32,091 nucleotides of DNA from positions 1-32,091 of the forward strand of contig JAYENL010000178.1 of assembly GCA_034722055.1 (NCBI GenBank). Reading direction: 5' to 3'. Of this stretch, positions 10,901 through 18,761 are shown one piece after another. The position numbers and the translations under genes are program-made. The notes beneath the pieces are model-generated. The model did no database searches. It worked only from the letters and a program-made list of their open reading frames with translations, and was not told where the DNA came from. Each line of letters opens with the position of its first letter. The stretch's first letter is position 1. Origin of the DNA: Armatimonadota bacterium (GTDB taxonomy: Bacteria > Armatimonadota > Zipacnadia > Zipacnadales > UBA5352).

Positions 10901-12161
10901 TCGCCTCGTCGCTCTCGTCGATGGTCAGGCCCTGCTCGACGGCCGCGCGCCGCACCCGCCGGCCGAACTCCAGCGCGTACCTCGCTTGGCCCGAGTCCGG
11001 CACATCAGCCTGGAAGTCAAGCAGCACCCACTTCACGCTCCCGTCCGGCCAGCGCGTCACCACCTCCACCTGCGCCGGCACCTCCCTGCCATCGGGGTCC
11101 AGCACGCGGACGTGCTCCGCCGAGCCCAGCGCGCCGGGCGGGAAGGGGAGGCCGCTGGTCACCGGCCGGCGCTGGCCCGCCGCGCCGCTGACACGCAGGG
11201 GCACGCGCTCGCGCACCACGCCGTCGGCCGGCTCGGCGACAGACGTGCTGAACGTGATATCCTCGCTGGACACCAGGTCGCCCAGGTGCCCGCGCGTCCG
11301 AATCCGCAGGTGGTAGGTGCTGTCAGGCTCCAGGCCGTCGAGCACCACGCGGTGGTTCTGGGCCAGGCGCTCGGTCTGCGCCTGGCGGCCGTACTCCTCC
11401 GTCCGGCCGAACTGCACCGTGGCCTCCGTCGGCCAGGACGTGATCCAGGTGACGATGGCCCGCCGCCCGCCACTCTCGATGGGCACGCGCACCCGCACGC
11501 GCTCCAGGCGCTCCGGCGCGATGTGCATGGGATGGTCGCGCGGCAGCTTCGGTGGCGGCGCCTCGCTGGCCGCCGCCCGGGCGTCGAACCAGGGCGTCCG
11601 ATCGCTGTCCTGCGGATTCTCGCGATTCTGTATCAGCACGTAGGCGTGGCAGGCGGCCTGCTCGTCCTGCACCTTGACGTCCGCATCGAAGGCCAGGTAG
11701 AGCGAGTTGCCGTCGGCGACACTCGTGTTCCGGGGCGCGCCCGGGCATCCGAACGCCTGGACGCTGCCGGGCCGCACCATCAGGTCCGTCCCCTGGACGC
11801 TGCCTCCCTCGCGGCCGGTGCCGGGGTCGTTGTCGGCGTCCATGTAAACGATCAGCGCCACGTCGCCCCGCACCACCCACGGCTCGGTGAAGTCCAGCCG
11901 CCACACCCAGCGATCTCGCGCCACCCCGCCGAAGGCCACGCGCACCAGGTCGTGGGCCACCGTCAGGTCCGCGCCCACGCTCTCGTCGCCCTCACCCCTG
12001 GCACGGTCCTCGAACACCACCTCCAGCGGCGTGGTCAGGGCCGGATCGCTCCCTATGCCGGCCTCCACGGCGTCCGGGATGCCGTCGGAGTCGGCGTCCT
12101 GCGCGGCCGCCGGCGGCGCTCCCGCCATCGCCAGCAGCATCAGCAGCACCAGTCGTCGCAT
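7983..12161 (-). CDS. Large secreted PcRGLX/YetA-like (PL26 exo-rhamnogalacturonan lyase-like) multidomain protein, about 1392 aa
   Basis: Signal peptide MRRLVLLMLLAMAGAPPAAA, DSDGIPDAVE Ca-binding-like motif, FN3-like domain (HRVVLDGLEPDSTYHLRI), RIFT-barrel motif PVTSGLPFPPG...VPAQ...RWPDGSVKW, toroid motif YGMLNFGDW...WGNIEYD, and a C-terminal GATase-like domain (LLRWVYRGGTLVV). Start could be GTG 12170. Confidence 0.75.
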   Translation of the reverse strand: MRRLVLLMLLAMAGAPPAAAQDADSDGIPDAVEAGIGSDPALTTPLEVVFEDRARGEGDESVGADLTVAHDLVRVAFGGVARDRWVWRLDFTEPWVVRGDVALIVYMDADNDPGTGREGGSVQGTDLMVRPGSVQAFGCPGAPRNTSVADGNSLYLAFDADVKVQDEQAACHAYVLIQNRENPQDSDRTPWFDARAAASEAPPPKLPRDHPMHIAPERLERVRVRVPIESGGRRAIVTWITSWPTEATVQFGRTEEYGRQAQTERLAQNHRVVLDGLEPDSTYHLRIRTRGHLGDLVSSEDITFSTSVAEPADGVVRERVPLRVSGAAGQRRPVTSGLPFPPGALGSAEHVRVLDPDGREVPAQVEVVTRWPDGSVKWVLLDFQADVPDSGQARYALEFGRRVRRAAVEQGLTIDESDEAIAVGTGTLRVRLGREDFALLGEAWLDRDGDGTYADDERITEAEGAGIVLTDLDGEEFTSRGAPESLEVTRRGPLHAVVSARGRHRDGAGQALFRYEVRLHFYAGLPLVHVFHTFENDRVEETFTTVRSMNVRIPMAGGARGCEVLLEDGRSADLPAAARLVQSFDDSFRLEGAAAATGRRAPGAVIVRGEGGDALIGVRNFWQLYPKSLGCDDRGAVIGIMPELPQEEYAQIEPELEDKLYYYLLGGVYKLHSGVSKTHELLIRFSPPGKAGDLTTVAGQAEAPALAFATPEWYADSKAFGDITPRTPGEFERYDAMADRILERIVAVREDEREYGMLNFGDWWGERGFNWGNIEYDTQHGLFLQFARSARRDFFDNAVWAARHNIDVDIIHHARQAEDVGKPHVHCMCHTGDYYPQSRHPQAIARGSFNTGHVWTRGNLECALLTGDQRAMRVALRTARCLAGPLTTGFRMSKGAERATAWPLFGVIAAYEATGDEYYLNAAHIITREVIAEQDKELGHWHIPAGYSKVKPTPIGGYAWCAGLLLTSLELANQHLHDPEIDETIVRAARWLARDEWIAERKGFRSASCPTLNASVTPGYECYRTPAAMLRAYELSGEERFLEIAHMGFSYAVARGGGSGKGGSVQLTITPHAVYKLKQAGITSLDTSRWEEAAFLHAPGWVPVGDGAPAALQVLVESNRDEAQEMALQIAGLPGDASARGFTVSLGPREVRSVQLDLPVLDPAPGETLPLLLRMRAGDETAEASLLVDCIAPGGVGRLTGLIAGEEDFLAPALDELGVEYERVQALDELGRFARIYLGTQAHTLDAAGIARSPETLLRWVYRGGTLVVSQLNDDGWSTRFLPGVVVLAEENATSGRIRASEHALFTTPNRVRDLAGMQMYDTIARADGWQVLMEDEAGRAAIIATSCGEGRILAMMPSVERYVTGALDDGKLEQVAREFLHNIIAWASASE

Positions 12162-12184
12162 CTCGCTCACGCACCCTCTCATCG

Positions 12185-12240
12185 TCGGGCTGCCCGAACC
12201 CCAGTACTTGGTTGGGTTGCGGGCGCCCCCGCCCGCAACC
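12185..12240. repeat. REP-like intergenic palindrome
   Basis: Perfect 11-bp stem GGTTGCGGGCG-CCCC-CGCCCGCAACC (12215-12240). The GCGGGCGCCCCCGCCCGC core recurs at about 18017-18038 (reverse), 21404-21426 and 32021-32037 (reverse). Confidence 0.65.
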
Positions 12241-12266
12241 GACTCAGGTCCCACCCGCTCCCCCGC

Positions 12267-13886
12267 TCAGATCTCGTCCAGCAGGCCCTCCCAGCGGCTG
12301 CCCTCCAGCGAGCCGCCATGCTCCTTCAACCACTTCAGGTCCAGCTCCTCGATCGTGAAGGTGTCCTCCCGCGCCAGGGCCTCCTCGATGCCCCTGCCCG
12401 GCGGCTCTACCTGCCGCCGCCAGTCCTGGGGCGCATAGTCCACCCATCGCGCGAACTGGTTGTTGCGGCGGTAGGTCGGCTCCTCAACGCCGTAATCGCG
12501 GAAGTCGTCGCCGTCCAGCGAGCTCTCCGGGAGGCCGTTGGCCTGCTCCCACGCCACCAGGTCCGCGCGCATCTCGTCCGCCACCCTCCGGGCCCCCTGC
12601 TGCCCCTCCAGCAGCAGGTTGTGCACCTCCTGTGGGTCGTCGTCGAGGTTATACAGCTCCTCCCAGCCGTTGTCGCAGTAGTAGCTGTACTTCAGCGGTG
12701 GTCTCCTCAGCGACAGCCACCGGCCGGCTCCTCTGCCGTAGTCGGTCACGAACTCCGTGCGCGGCGTCTCATGCCCGCCGCCCTCCCTCTGGAGCAGACT
12801 GGTCCCCTCCAGCTCCCCCAGCACCGGATGGTCGTATCCGGCGGCATCCATGAAGGTGGGGAGCAGGTCCGTGCAGCTTACGATCCCATCGTAGACCTCG
12901 CCGGCCGCCACGCGCCCCGGCCAGCGCATCAGCATCGGCACCCGCACCGCGGGCTCGTAGGGGTTCGACTTCTGGCAGGTAAGGTAGTCGCCGAGCATCT
13001 CACCGTGGTCGCCGGTGAACACCACCAGCGTGTCGTCGGCGATGCCCAGCTCGTCCAGCACGTCCAGCATCCGCCCCACCTGATGGTCGATGAGGCTGAC
13101 CGCTGCGTAGTAGAGCGCCACGATGCGCCGCAGCCGCTGTGGCGTGGCGCTCTCGTAGTTGGCGTAGTGGCGCAGCGTTCTCAGTTGGAGGGGCATGGTC
13201 TCCTCGTCGCGGTCCGTCGCGATGGGGTCGGGGACCTCGTCCAGGTCGTACATGGACTCCCACGGGGCCGGAACGTTGTAGGGCGGGTGCGGGCCGATGA
13301 ACCCCACCCACGCGAAGAACCGCCGCTGGTGATTGAGGCGCAGGAAGTCCACCAGGCGGTCGCCGACCCACCACGTGCCGTGCATTTCCTGGGGCAGCGG
13401 CGAGGTCTGCGGCTGCGCGTAGAGCAGGTTCCGGATCCCGTGGATCTCCCGCTTGTGGCCGTAGCCCTGCTGCCGCAGCCACATCAGGTAGTCGTCATCC
13501 TGCGGCCAGTCCGGGAGCTCGGACATGATCTCCCGCCGGTGCAGGCCGTAGTGCCCCAGACGGGGGCGGAAGTGCATCTTCCCGAGGCCGTAGGTGTGAT
13601 AGCCGGCATGGCCCAGCATGGCCGGCACGGTGTCCAGCAGCGGCTCGGGATCGACGTCGTTGTTGGCGAACCGCCCCGTCTCGCCCGATCGCCGGCCGGT
13701 CATGAGGTGGTAGCGTGCGGCGATGCACACCGGCGTGGTGCTCACGCAGTGGGTGAAGCGCACGCCCTCGTCCGCCAGGCGGTCCAGGTCCGGCGTCCGG
13801 ATGGCCGGATTCCCGGCGCAGCGCATGGCGTCGGCTCGCATCTGGTCAACGTAGAGCAGGATGATGTTCGGGGCCTTATCAGCCAT
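12267..13886 (-). CDS. Formylglycine-dependent (S1) sulfatase, cytoplasmic, 539 aa
   Basis: PNIILLYVDQMRAD, TPDLDRLA.EGVRF, signature CIAAR.HLMTG, GKMHF, PHPPY, GDHGEMLG and ELYNL.DDP.E. No signal peptide. Confidence 0.93.
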   Translation of the reverse strand: MADKAPNIILLYVDQMRADAMRCAGNPAIRTPDLDRLADEGVRFTHCVSTTPVCIAARYHLMTGRRSGETGRFANNDVDPEPLLDTVPAMLGHAGYHTYGLGKMHFRPRLGHYGLHRREIMSELPDWPQDDDYLMWLRQQGYGHKREIHGIRNLLYAQPQTSPLPQEMHGTWWVGDRLVDFLRLNHQRRFFAWVGFIGPHPPYNVPAPWESMYDLDEVPDPIATDRDEETMPLQLRTLRHYANYESATPQRLRRIVALYYAAVSLIDHQVGRMLDVLDELGIADDTLVVFTGDHGEMLGDYLTCQKSNPYEPAVRVPMLMRWPGRVAAGEVYDGIVSCTDLLPTFMDAAGYDHPVLGELEGTSLLQREGGGHETPRTEFVTDYGRGAGRWLSLRRPPLKYSYYCDNGWEELYNLDDDPQEVHNLLLEGQQGARRVADEMRADLVAWEQANGLPESSLDGDDFRDYGVEEPTYRRNNQFARWVDYAPQDWRRQVEPPGRGIEEALAREDTFTIEELDLKWLKEHGGSLEGSRWEGLLDEI

Positions 13887-13992
13887 CAGTGAAGACTCCT
13901 TCGCGCGGCGGCACGTCCCACTGGGACGGAGTTTCGAGCCCTCGCGGCGCGAACCTCCACGGACGAAGGGACCCGGCCCGAGGCAGGCGAAC

Positions 13993-15450
13993 ATGGCGCA
14001 AGCCATGGCATGCGCGGAGGGTCCGGGCATCGTTGGCGGTCGCAGCCGGCTTCAGCCGGTTGCGGCGCTGCTGGTGTTCGTGATGGCGTGGGCCGCCTTC
14101 GCCTCCATGCTCCCGGCATACTGGCGGCACGACGACTTCGGCTGGCAGCACGTCGCCCGGGAGTGGGAGGAGGGGCACCAATCGCTGTGGGAGCGGGTCG
14201 GCTTCACCCCCGCGTACAACCTCCTCTACCACACGCTCCACCTGGCGGCAGGGCGAGATCCGGTTCCCTACCGCGCCGTCTTCACCACCATCCATGCGCT
14301 CACCGCGGTGGCGGTGGCGTGGCTGTGCCTCATACTCACTGACTCACGTCTGGCCGCGGCATGGGCGGGCGCACTCTTCGCGCTGCACTTCGTCCACCAC
14401 GAGGCGGTCGGATGGATCGCCGCCACCGTGCACCTGCCCGCGGCTGCCCTGGCGATTCTCGCCGTGGGCTGCTGGACCGCCGGCAGGCGGCGAGATGACG
14501 CTCGCCTGCTGGTGCTCGCGGTCGCCCTGGCGGCACTGGCGCCCATGTTCAAGGAGAGCGGCCTGGCGGTCTTCCCGCTCATCGCCGCCGCGGAGCTGGT
14601 GCTTCCGCTCCCCCGCGCCGGCTCCGGAGGGCCGGTGCTGGCGGCTCTGGCGGCGCTCCCTGCGGCCCTCTACGTCGCGTTGCGGCTCTCCGTGGGCGTC
14701 TGGACGGAGGTGGTGCCGGCAGGGGGTGAGCTTTACGACCTCGGCCCGCACGTGCTGGTCAACCTCGCCGCCTGCGTCCCGCAGATGATCGTCCCCGACA
14801 TGGCCTTCGAGAACTACCGCGCGCTGCTGGGGCGCGTCCTGACACCGGCGGTGGTGCCGGCCGCGGTCATCGCCTCCCGCGCGCTCATCGGGCTGCTGGC
14901 GGCGGCCTCGGTGTACCTGCTGGTCCGCGGCTCGGATCGCGTCCGCTTCGCGGTGGCGTGGATGTACCTGGCCTTCCTGCCCACGGCGCCCTTCGTCTAC
15001 GAGTACGCTCGGGCACCGCGGTATCTCTATCTCCCCTCCGCGGGTCTGGCCCTGCTCTTCGGCATCGCCGTGGCCTCGGCCGTCCGGCGCTGGCCCGGGC
15101 GCGGCCTGGCCATCACGGCCGTGGCGGCGGTCGTGCTTGCCGCCAACCTGGTGCCCCTGGGAGTCTTCGCACGCAGCCGGCTGCGCGACAGCCGCATCCG
15201 CAGGACCATCGCGCAGGAGCTGCCGCGCGTGCTGCCCGATCCGCGACCCGGACAACGCGTCGGCATCCGCGGGGTGCCGGGCCACATCAATGACCTGGGC
15301 CTCATGGCGTTGATGCTCTACGGCCGGCATGTCGAGATCGTCCCGCTGCCTGAAGGCGAGCCGGCCCGCAGCGTCGATAGTCTTCTGACACTCGAACGTG
15401 GTAGGCTATGGAGGGCTCAGGACCGATCTCGTCGCCAGAGCAGGGATTGA
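13993..15450 (+). CDS. Polytopic GT-C-type membrane glycosyltransferase (TMTC/DUF1736-like, without TPRs), about 485 aa
   Basis: DD motif after the first TM helix (RHDDF), HHEAVGWI, FKES, RYLYLPSAG and many hydrophobic helices. Start is uncertain (13993 or 14005). Confidence 0.7.
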   Translation: MAQAMACAEGPGIVGGRSRLQPVAALLVFVMAWAAFASMLPAYWRHDDFGWQHVAREWEEGHQSLWERVGFTPAYNLLYHTLHLAAGRDPVPYRAVFTTIHALTAVAVAWLCLILTDSRLAAAWAGALFALHFVHHEAVGWIAATVHLPAAALAILAVGCWTAGRRRDDARLLVLAVALAALAPMFKESGLAVFPLIAAAELVLPLPRAGSGGPVLAALAALPAALYVALRLSVGVWTEVVPAGGELYDLGPHVLVNLAACVPQMIVPDMAFENYRALLGRVLTPAVVPAAVIASRALIGLLAAASVYLLVRGSDRVRFAVAWMYLAFLPTAPFVYEYARAPRYLYLPSAGLALLFGIAVASAVRRWPGRGLAITAVAAVVLAANLVPLGVFARSRLRDSRIRRTIAQELPRVLPDPRPGQRVGIRGVPGHINDLGLMALMLYGRHVEIVPLPEGEPARSVDSLLTLERGRLWRAQDRSRRQSRD

Positions 15451-15478
15451 CGGCCGCTGGAGTAGGGAGGTCCGCATC

Positions 15479-15751
15479 GTGCATCGCGCAGGCCGGCGAT
15501 TGACGCTCGCGGCCATCGCCACGATGGCCGCGGCACCCCGCGTGGCGCAGTGGCAGCCTGATGAGTTCATGATCTCCCTCTGGGGGTGCCCCGACACTCC
15601 GGAGCGGGCGCGCGCGGTCGCCGGCGCCGGCTTCAATACCGTCATGTGCCCCGCCGAGCACCTGGACCTGTGCCACCGGCACGGCCGGCCCGGCGAGGGC
15701 GCGCTGCTGCGCTTTGGCGGTCGAGTGTCTCAGCCATCGGAGGGGAAGTGA
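15479..15751 (+). pseudogene. Short gene remnant (90 aa), probably an internally deleted secreted hydrolase-like gene
   Basis: AGGGAGG RBS plus GTG, a signal-like segment, then a TIM-barrel-like start (EFMISLWGCP...AGFNTVM...LDLCHRHG) that runs directly into a typical C-terminal strand (PGEGALLRF). Confidence 0.55.
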
Positions 15752-15754
15752 AGC

Positions 15755-17872
15755 ATGGCGTATCGACCCGGCGAGATCGGCGGCGGATATCCGTGGGAGC
15801 CGGTGCGCATCGAGTACCGCCCCGGCCTGCCCACCAGCTACCCCACGCGCGACGAGATGCTGCGGCTGATCGAGGAGGTGCACGCCTCGGGCGTCAGGGC
15901 CTGGTGGTACTCCTGTGCCGCCAAGGGCTCCTACCCGCTCTTCCCCAGCCGTCACCTGCCGCACGTGCCGGAGGCCGAGGCCGGGCTTTTCGAGTGGTTC
16001 ACCGATGAGTGCCACCGCCGCGGGATCATCATTATGTCCTGGGAGTACCTCGCCACCTCGCCGCTGACCACCCGCGAGCACCCTGACTGGCGCATGCAGT
16101 TCCTGCAGCCCGTCGAGGGTCAGATCCGCGGCCGGCCCCAGCGGCACGTGCAGGTCTACGGCAATCAGAACCCGTCCCCGTGCTTCAACTCTCCCTACGG
16201 CGAGCTGCTCATGGACTACTGCGTGGAGGTCATCGAGGATCTCGGCTTCAATGGCATCTGGTTCGACGGCTGCTTCATGGGCCCTGCCAACACCTGGCCC
16301 GGCGGTCGCATCGGCTGCTGTTGCCCCAGGTGCCAGCGCAGATTCCGCGACGAGACCGGCCTGGACATGCCGGCCTTCGAGGACTGGTCAGATCCCGTCT
16401 TCCGCCGCTTCATCCAGTGGCGGCAGCGCTTCTTCGCCGGATACTGGCGGCGGCTGTGCCAGCACGTGCGCGCCCACTCCCGGACCGGCCTCGTCGGCCT
16501 CAACAACTTCAACCGCTGGCCGCATCCCACCGGCTTTGGCTGCCCGCTCAACCAGGTCGGCTTCGACGGCCTCTCCTGCGCTGAGGTCAGCCAGCAGCCC
16601 TGGCAGGCGCCGCTGATGCTTAAGTACCTCCGCCAGGTCAGCGACCGCTACCCCCCGGAGCTGTGGATCCGGCACACGCCGCCGGGCCCCGGCAGCGATG
16701 CCGAGCAGATGACCTGGTTCGGTGAGCTGTGCATGACCTTCGGCGGCTTCCACTCCGAGGGCCAGCCCATCAGCCCCGGCCACAACCCGCGGGCACTCAG
16801 GGAAACCGTGAGGGCCCTCGCGCCCCGGGCTGAGTACGTCGGTGGTGAGCCACTTCGTTTCGCCGGGATCATGCTCTCGTCCAACACCAAGGACTTCGCC
16901 TTCGGCGGTGACGATGAGCCCACCTGGCGCTCTGTGCACGGCATGCACAACCTCCTGCTGGACGCGCACTGGCCGTCTGAGGTCATTCTGGACAATCAGG
17001 TGCGCGCTGAGCGCCTGCGGCCCTTTCCGCTGGTGATCCTCTCGGATGTCCGCTGCCTCAGCGACGCTCAGGCCGCCGCGCTGGAGGCCTACGTCCGCGG
17101 TGGCGGGACGCTGCTGGTGACCGCCATGACGGGGATGCTCGACGACATCGGGCGCCCCCGGCAGCGCGGGGCTCTGGACCAGCTCATGGGCATCACCACG
17201 CGCACCTCCGGGACCGGCCTTGCCCGTGCCATCGCTCCCGAGGGCGAGTGGGCTCACGACCTGCCGCCGATCGTCCGCCTGTGGCCCGATGACCGCTCGT
17301 GGGGCGCCGGTGAGGAGGAGGACCTGCCGGAGCGCTGGGCGGAGGACATCCAGGTCATGGCCTGGGGAGTGCGACCCCATGACGATCCGCGACAGGAGGC
17401 GCTGACCGAGCGCCGCGCCATCGTGGCCAGGCAGGTGGGGGAGGGGGCCGTGCTCTTCATCGATCGTGACGTGGGCGGTTTCTACTCGCAGACCGCCTGG
17501 TCAGACTACCGCCGCGTGGTCATCGCGGCGCTGGAGGTTTTCGCGCGACCTCGCGTTCGCATCGAGGCCGCCCCGCACGTGGCGGTCACCATCTGGCGCC
17601 AGGGGCATCGCCACGTGATGCACGTGCTCAGCCGACCGCACCACCTGCGCGTCGTGGCGCCCTCCGCGCATGTGGACCTGTCCGGCGTCCCCATGGCTGG
17701 CCCGGTCACCGTGGAGCTGCCGTGGCGGATCCGCCGCGCCGAGCGTCCGGTAACCGGTGGCCCGGTGCAGGTGCGCAACCGGCTCCGGCGCTGCATCGTT
17801 CACCTCCCGCACGTGCATCAGCACGACGTCGTCGTGCTGCACGGCCTGGCGTCCCGGCGACGTGAAGCCTGA
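15755..17872 (+). CDS. GHL6/GH42-like glycoside hydrolase with beta-galactosidase trimerisation (GATase-like) domain, cytoplasmic, 705 aa
   Basis: EHPDW, CFNSPY, GFNGIWFDG, CCCPRCQRRF (GH42-like Zn site), and LVILSDVRCLSDAQAAALEAYVRGGGTLLVT..TG..D. GGAGG RBS. Confidence 0.8.
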   Translation: MAYRPGEIGGGYPWEPVRIEYRPGLPTSYPTRDEMLRLIEEVHASGVRAWWYSCAAKGSYPLFPSRHLPHVPEAEAGLFEWFTDECHRRGIIIMSWEYLATSPLTTREHPDWRMQFLQPVEGQIRGRPQRHVQVYGNQNPSPCFNSPYGELLMDYCVEVIEDLGFNGIWFDGCFMGPANTWPGGRIGCCCPRCQRRFRDETGLDMPAFEDWSDPVFRRFIQWRQRFFAGYWRRLCQHVRAHSRTGLVGLNNFNRWPHPTGFGCPLNQVGFDGLSCAEVSQQPWQAPLMLKYLRQVSDRYPPELWIRHTPPGPGSDAEQMTWFGELCMTFGGFHSEGQPISPGHNPRALRETVRALAPRAEYVGGEPLRFAGIMLSSNTKDFAFGGDDEPTWRSVHGMHNLLLDAHWPSEVILDNQVRAERLRPFPLVILSDVRCLSDAQAAALEAYVRGGGTLLVTAMTGMLDDIGRPRQRGALDQLMGITTRTSGTGLARAIAPEGEWAHDLPPIVRLWPDDRSWGAGEEEDLPERWAEDIQVMAWGVRPHDDPRQEALTERRAIVARQVGEGAVLFIDRDVGGFYSQTAWSDYRRVVIAALEVFARPRVRIEAAPHVAVTIWRQGHRHVMHVLSRPHHLRVVAPSAHVDLSGVPMAGPVTVELPWRIRRAERPVTGGPVQVRNRLRRCIVHLPHVHQHDVVVLHGLASRRREA

Positions 17873-18190
17873 GCGGCAACGCTTCGCACTGATGCCGATT
17901 GCCGCAGCCGGCTGAAGCCGCCGTTGTCGTCTGTCGTTCGCCGAGCCGTTTGGAGGGGCCGGTCTCCGTCCCGGCCCGGTCGTTGTCGTTCGGCATGCAG
18001 CGGGCCTTCGGCCCGCAGGCGGGCGAGGGCGCCCGCCTCCCATGATCGTGGAACGGTTCGAACACCATGAACGGCGCACGGACACGAGCAGCCGTCCGAC
18101 GGACCGGTCTCGGTCCCGGCCCGCTCGTTGTCGTGCGCCGTTGCCGTCGCGGTCCTAGCCACCGCCCCGGGCCACGGTCCTGCGGCGGCC
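17873..18190. repeat. Mosaic REP-like cluster between convergent genes
   Basis: Two similar copies of an about 46-nt unit (17944-17989 and 18090-18134) built on GGRCCGG-N7-CCGGCCC, a GCGGGCC-TTC-GGCCCGC hairpin (18000-18016), AGGCGGGCG-AGGG-CGCCCGCCT (18017-18038) and CGTTG(T/C)CGT spacers. Confidence 0.7.
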
Positions 18191-18191
18191 C

Positions 18192-18743
18192 CTACGCGCC
18201 GATCGCTTTCACCATCGCCCGGCTGGCGTTCTCTGTCGCCGCCCGCTTGTACTCCGCGCTCCGCCGCGTCACGGTGATCAGATCCGCGATCTCCACGCCG
18301 ATGTGCGAGAACAGCCGATCCAGGCTCACGAGACATGTCGCGACGCCCCGGCCTGAGCCGCCCGCCGCCGCCACACCGATGACGGGCTTGCCCTCCAGCC
18401 CCTCGCCCTTGGCACCGGTGTTGCAGCGCCGCAGGCGGTCGCTGAAGGCCTTGACGCACTCGCTGAGGTCGCCGAAGTACACCGGCGTCACCAGCACCCA
18501 CGCGTCGGCATCCAGGACCTTCTGGCGGACGTCCGCGAACTCGTCCTCGATGACGCACCAGCCCTCCTCGCGGCACTTGAACCAGCCGTTGGCGCACTGG
18601 CCGCAGTGCACGATCTGATGGTCGGTGAGCTGGATCAGCTCCGTCGCCGCCCCGGCCTCGGCCGCCCCCGCCAGCGCCGCCTCCGCCAGACTCTGCGTCA
18701 GCCCGTCATCGTTGGGACTCCCGTGCAGCGCTACCACCTTCAT
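18192..18743 (-). CDS. Flavodoxin-fold NAD(P)H-dependent FMN reductase / iron-sulfur flavoprotein family, 183 aa
   Basis: HGSP...G.T, Cys cluster CGQC...C...C, DADAWVLVTPVYFGDLS..KAF.DRL and LEGKP. GAGGAGG RBS. Confidence 0.9.
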   Translation of the reverse strand: MKVVALHGSPNDDGLTQSLAEAALAGAAEAGAATELIQLTDHQIVHCGQCANGWFKCREEGWCVIEDEFADVRQKVLDADAWVLVTPVYFGDLSECVKAFSDRLRRCNTGAKGEGLEGKPVIGVAAAGGSGRGVATCLVSLDRLFSHIGVEIADLITVTRRSAEYKRAATENASRAMVKAIGA

Positions 18744-18761
18744 CGCGCAGCCTCCTCGTAC

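Noticed and set aside
8946..13892. 1648-aa plus-strand ORF
   Set aside because: Antisense shadow of the PL26-like and sulfatase genes caused by high-GC codon bias. It has no recognisable motifs and an Arg/Ala/Val/His-rich composition.
17944..18134. CRISPR array or MITE from the two about 46-nt direct repeats
   Set aside because: Only two imperfect copies about 100 nt apart, with no cas genes, terminal inverted repeats or target-site duplication.
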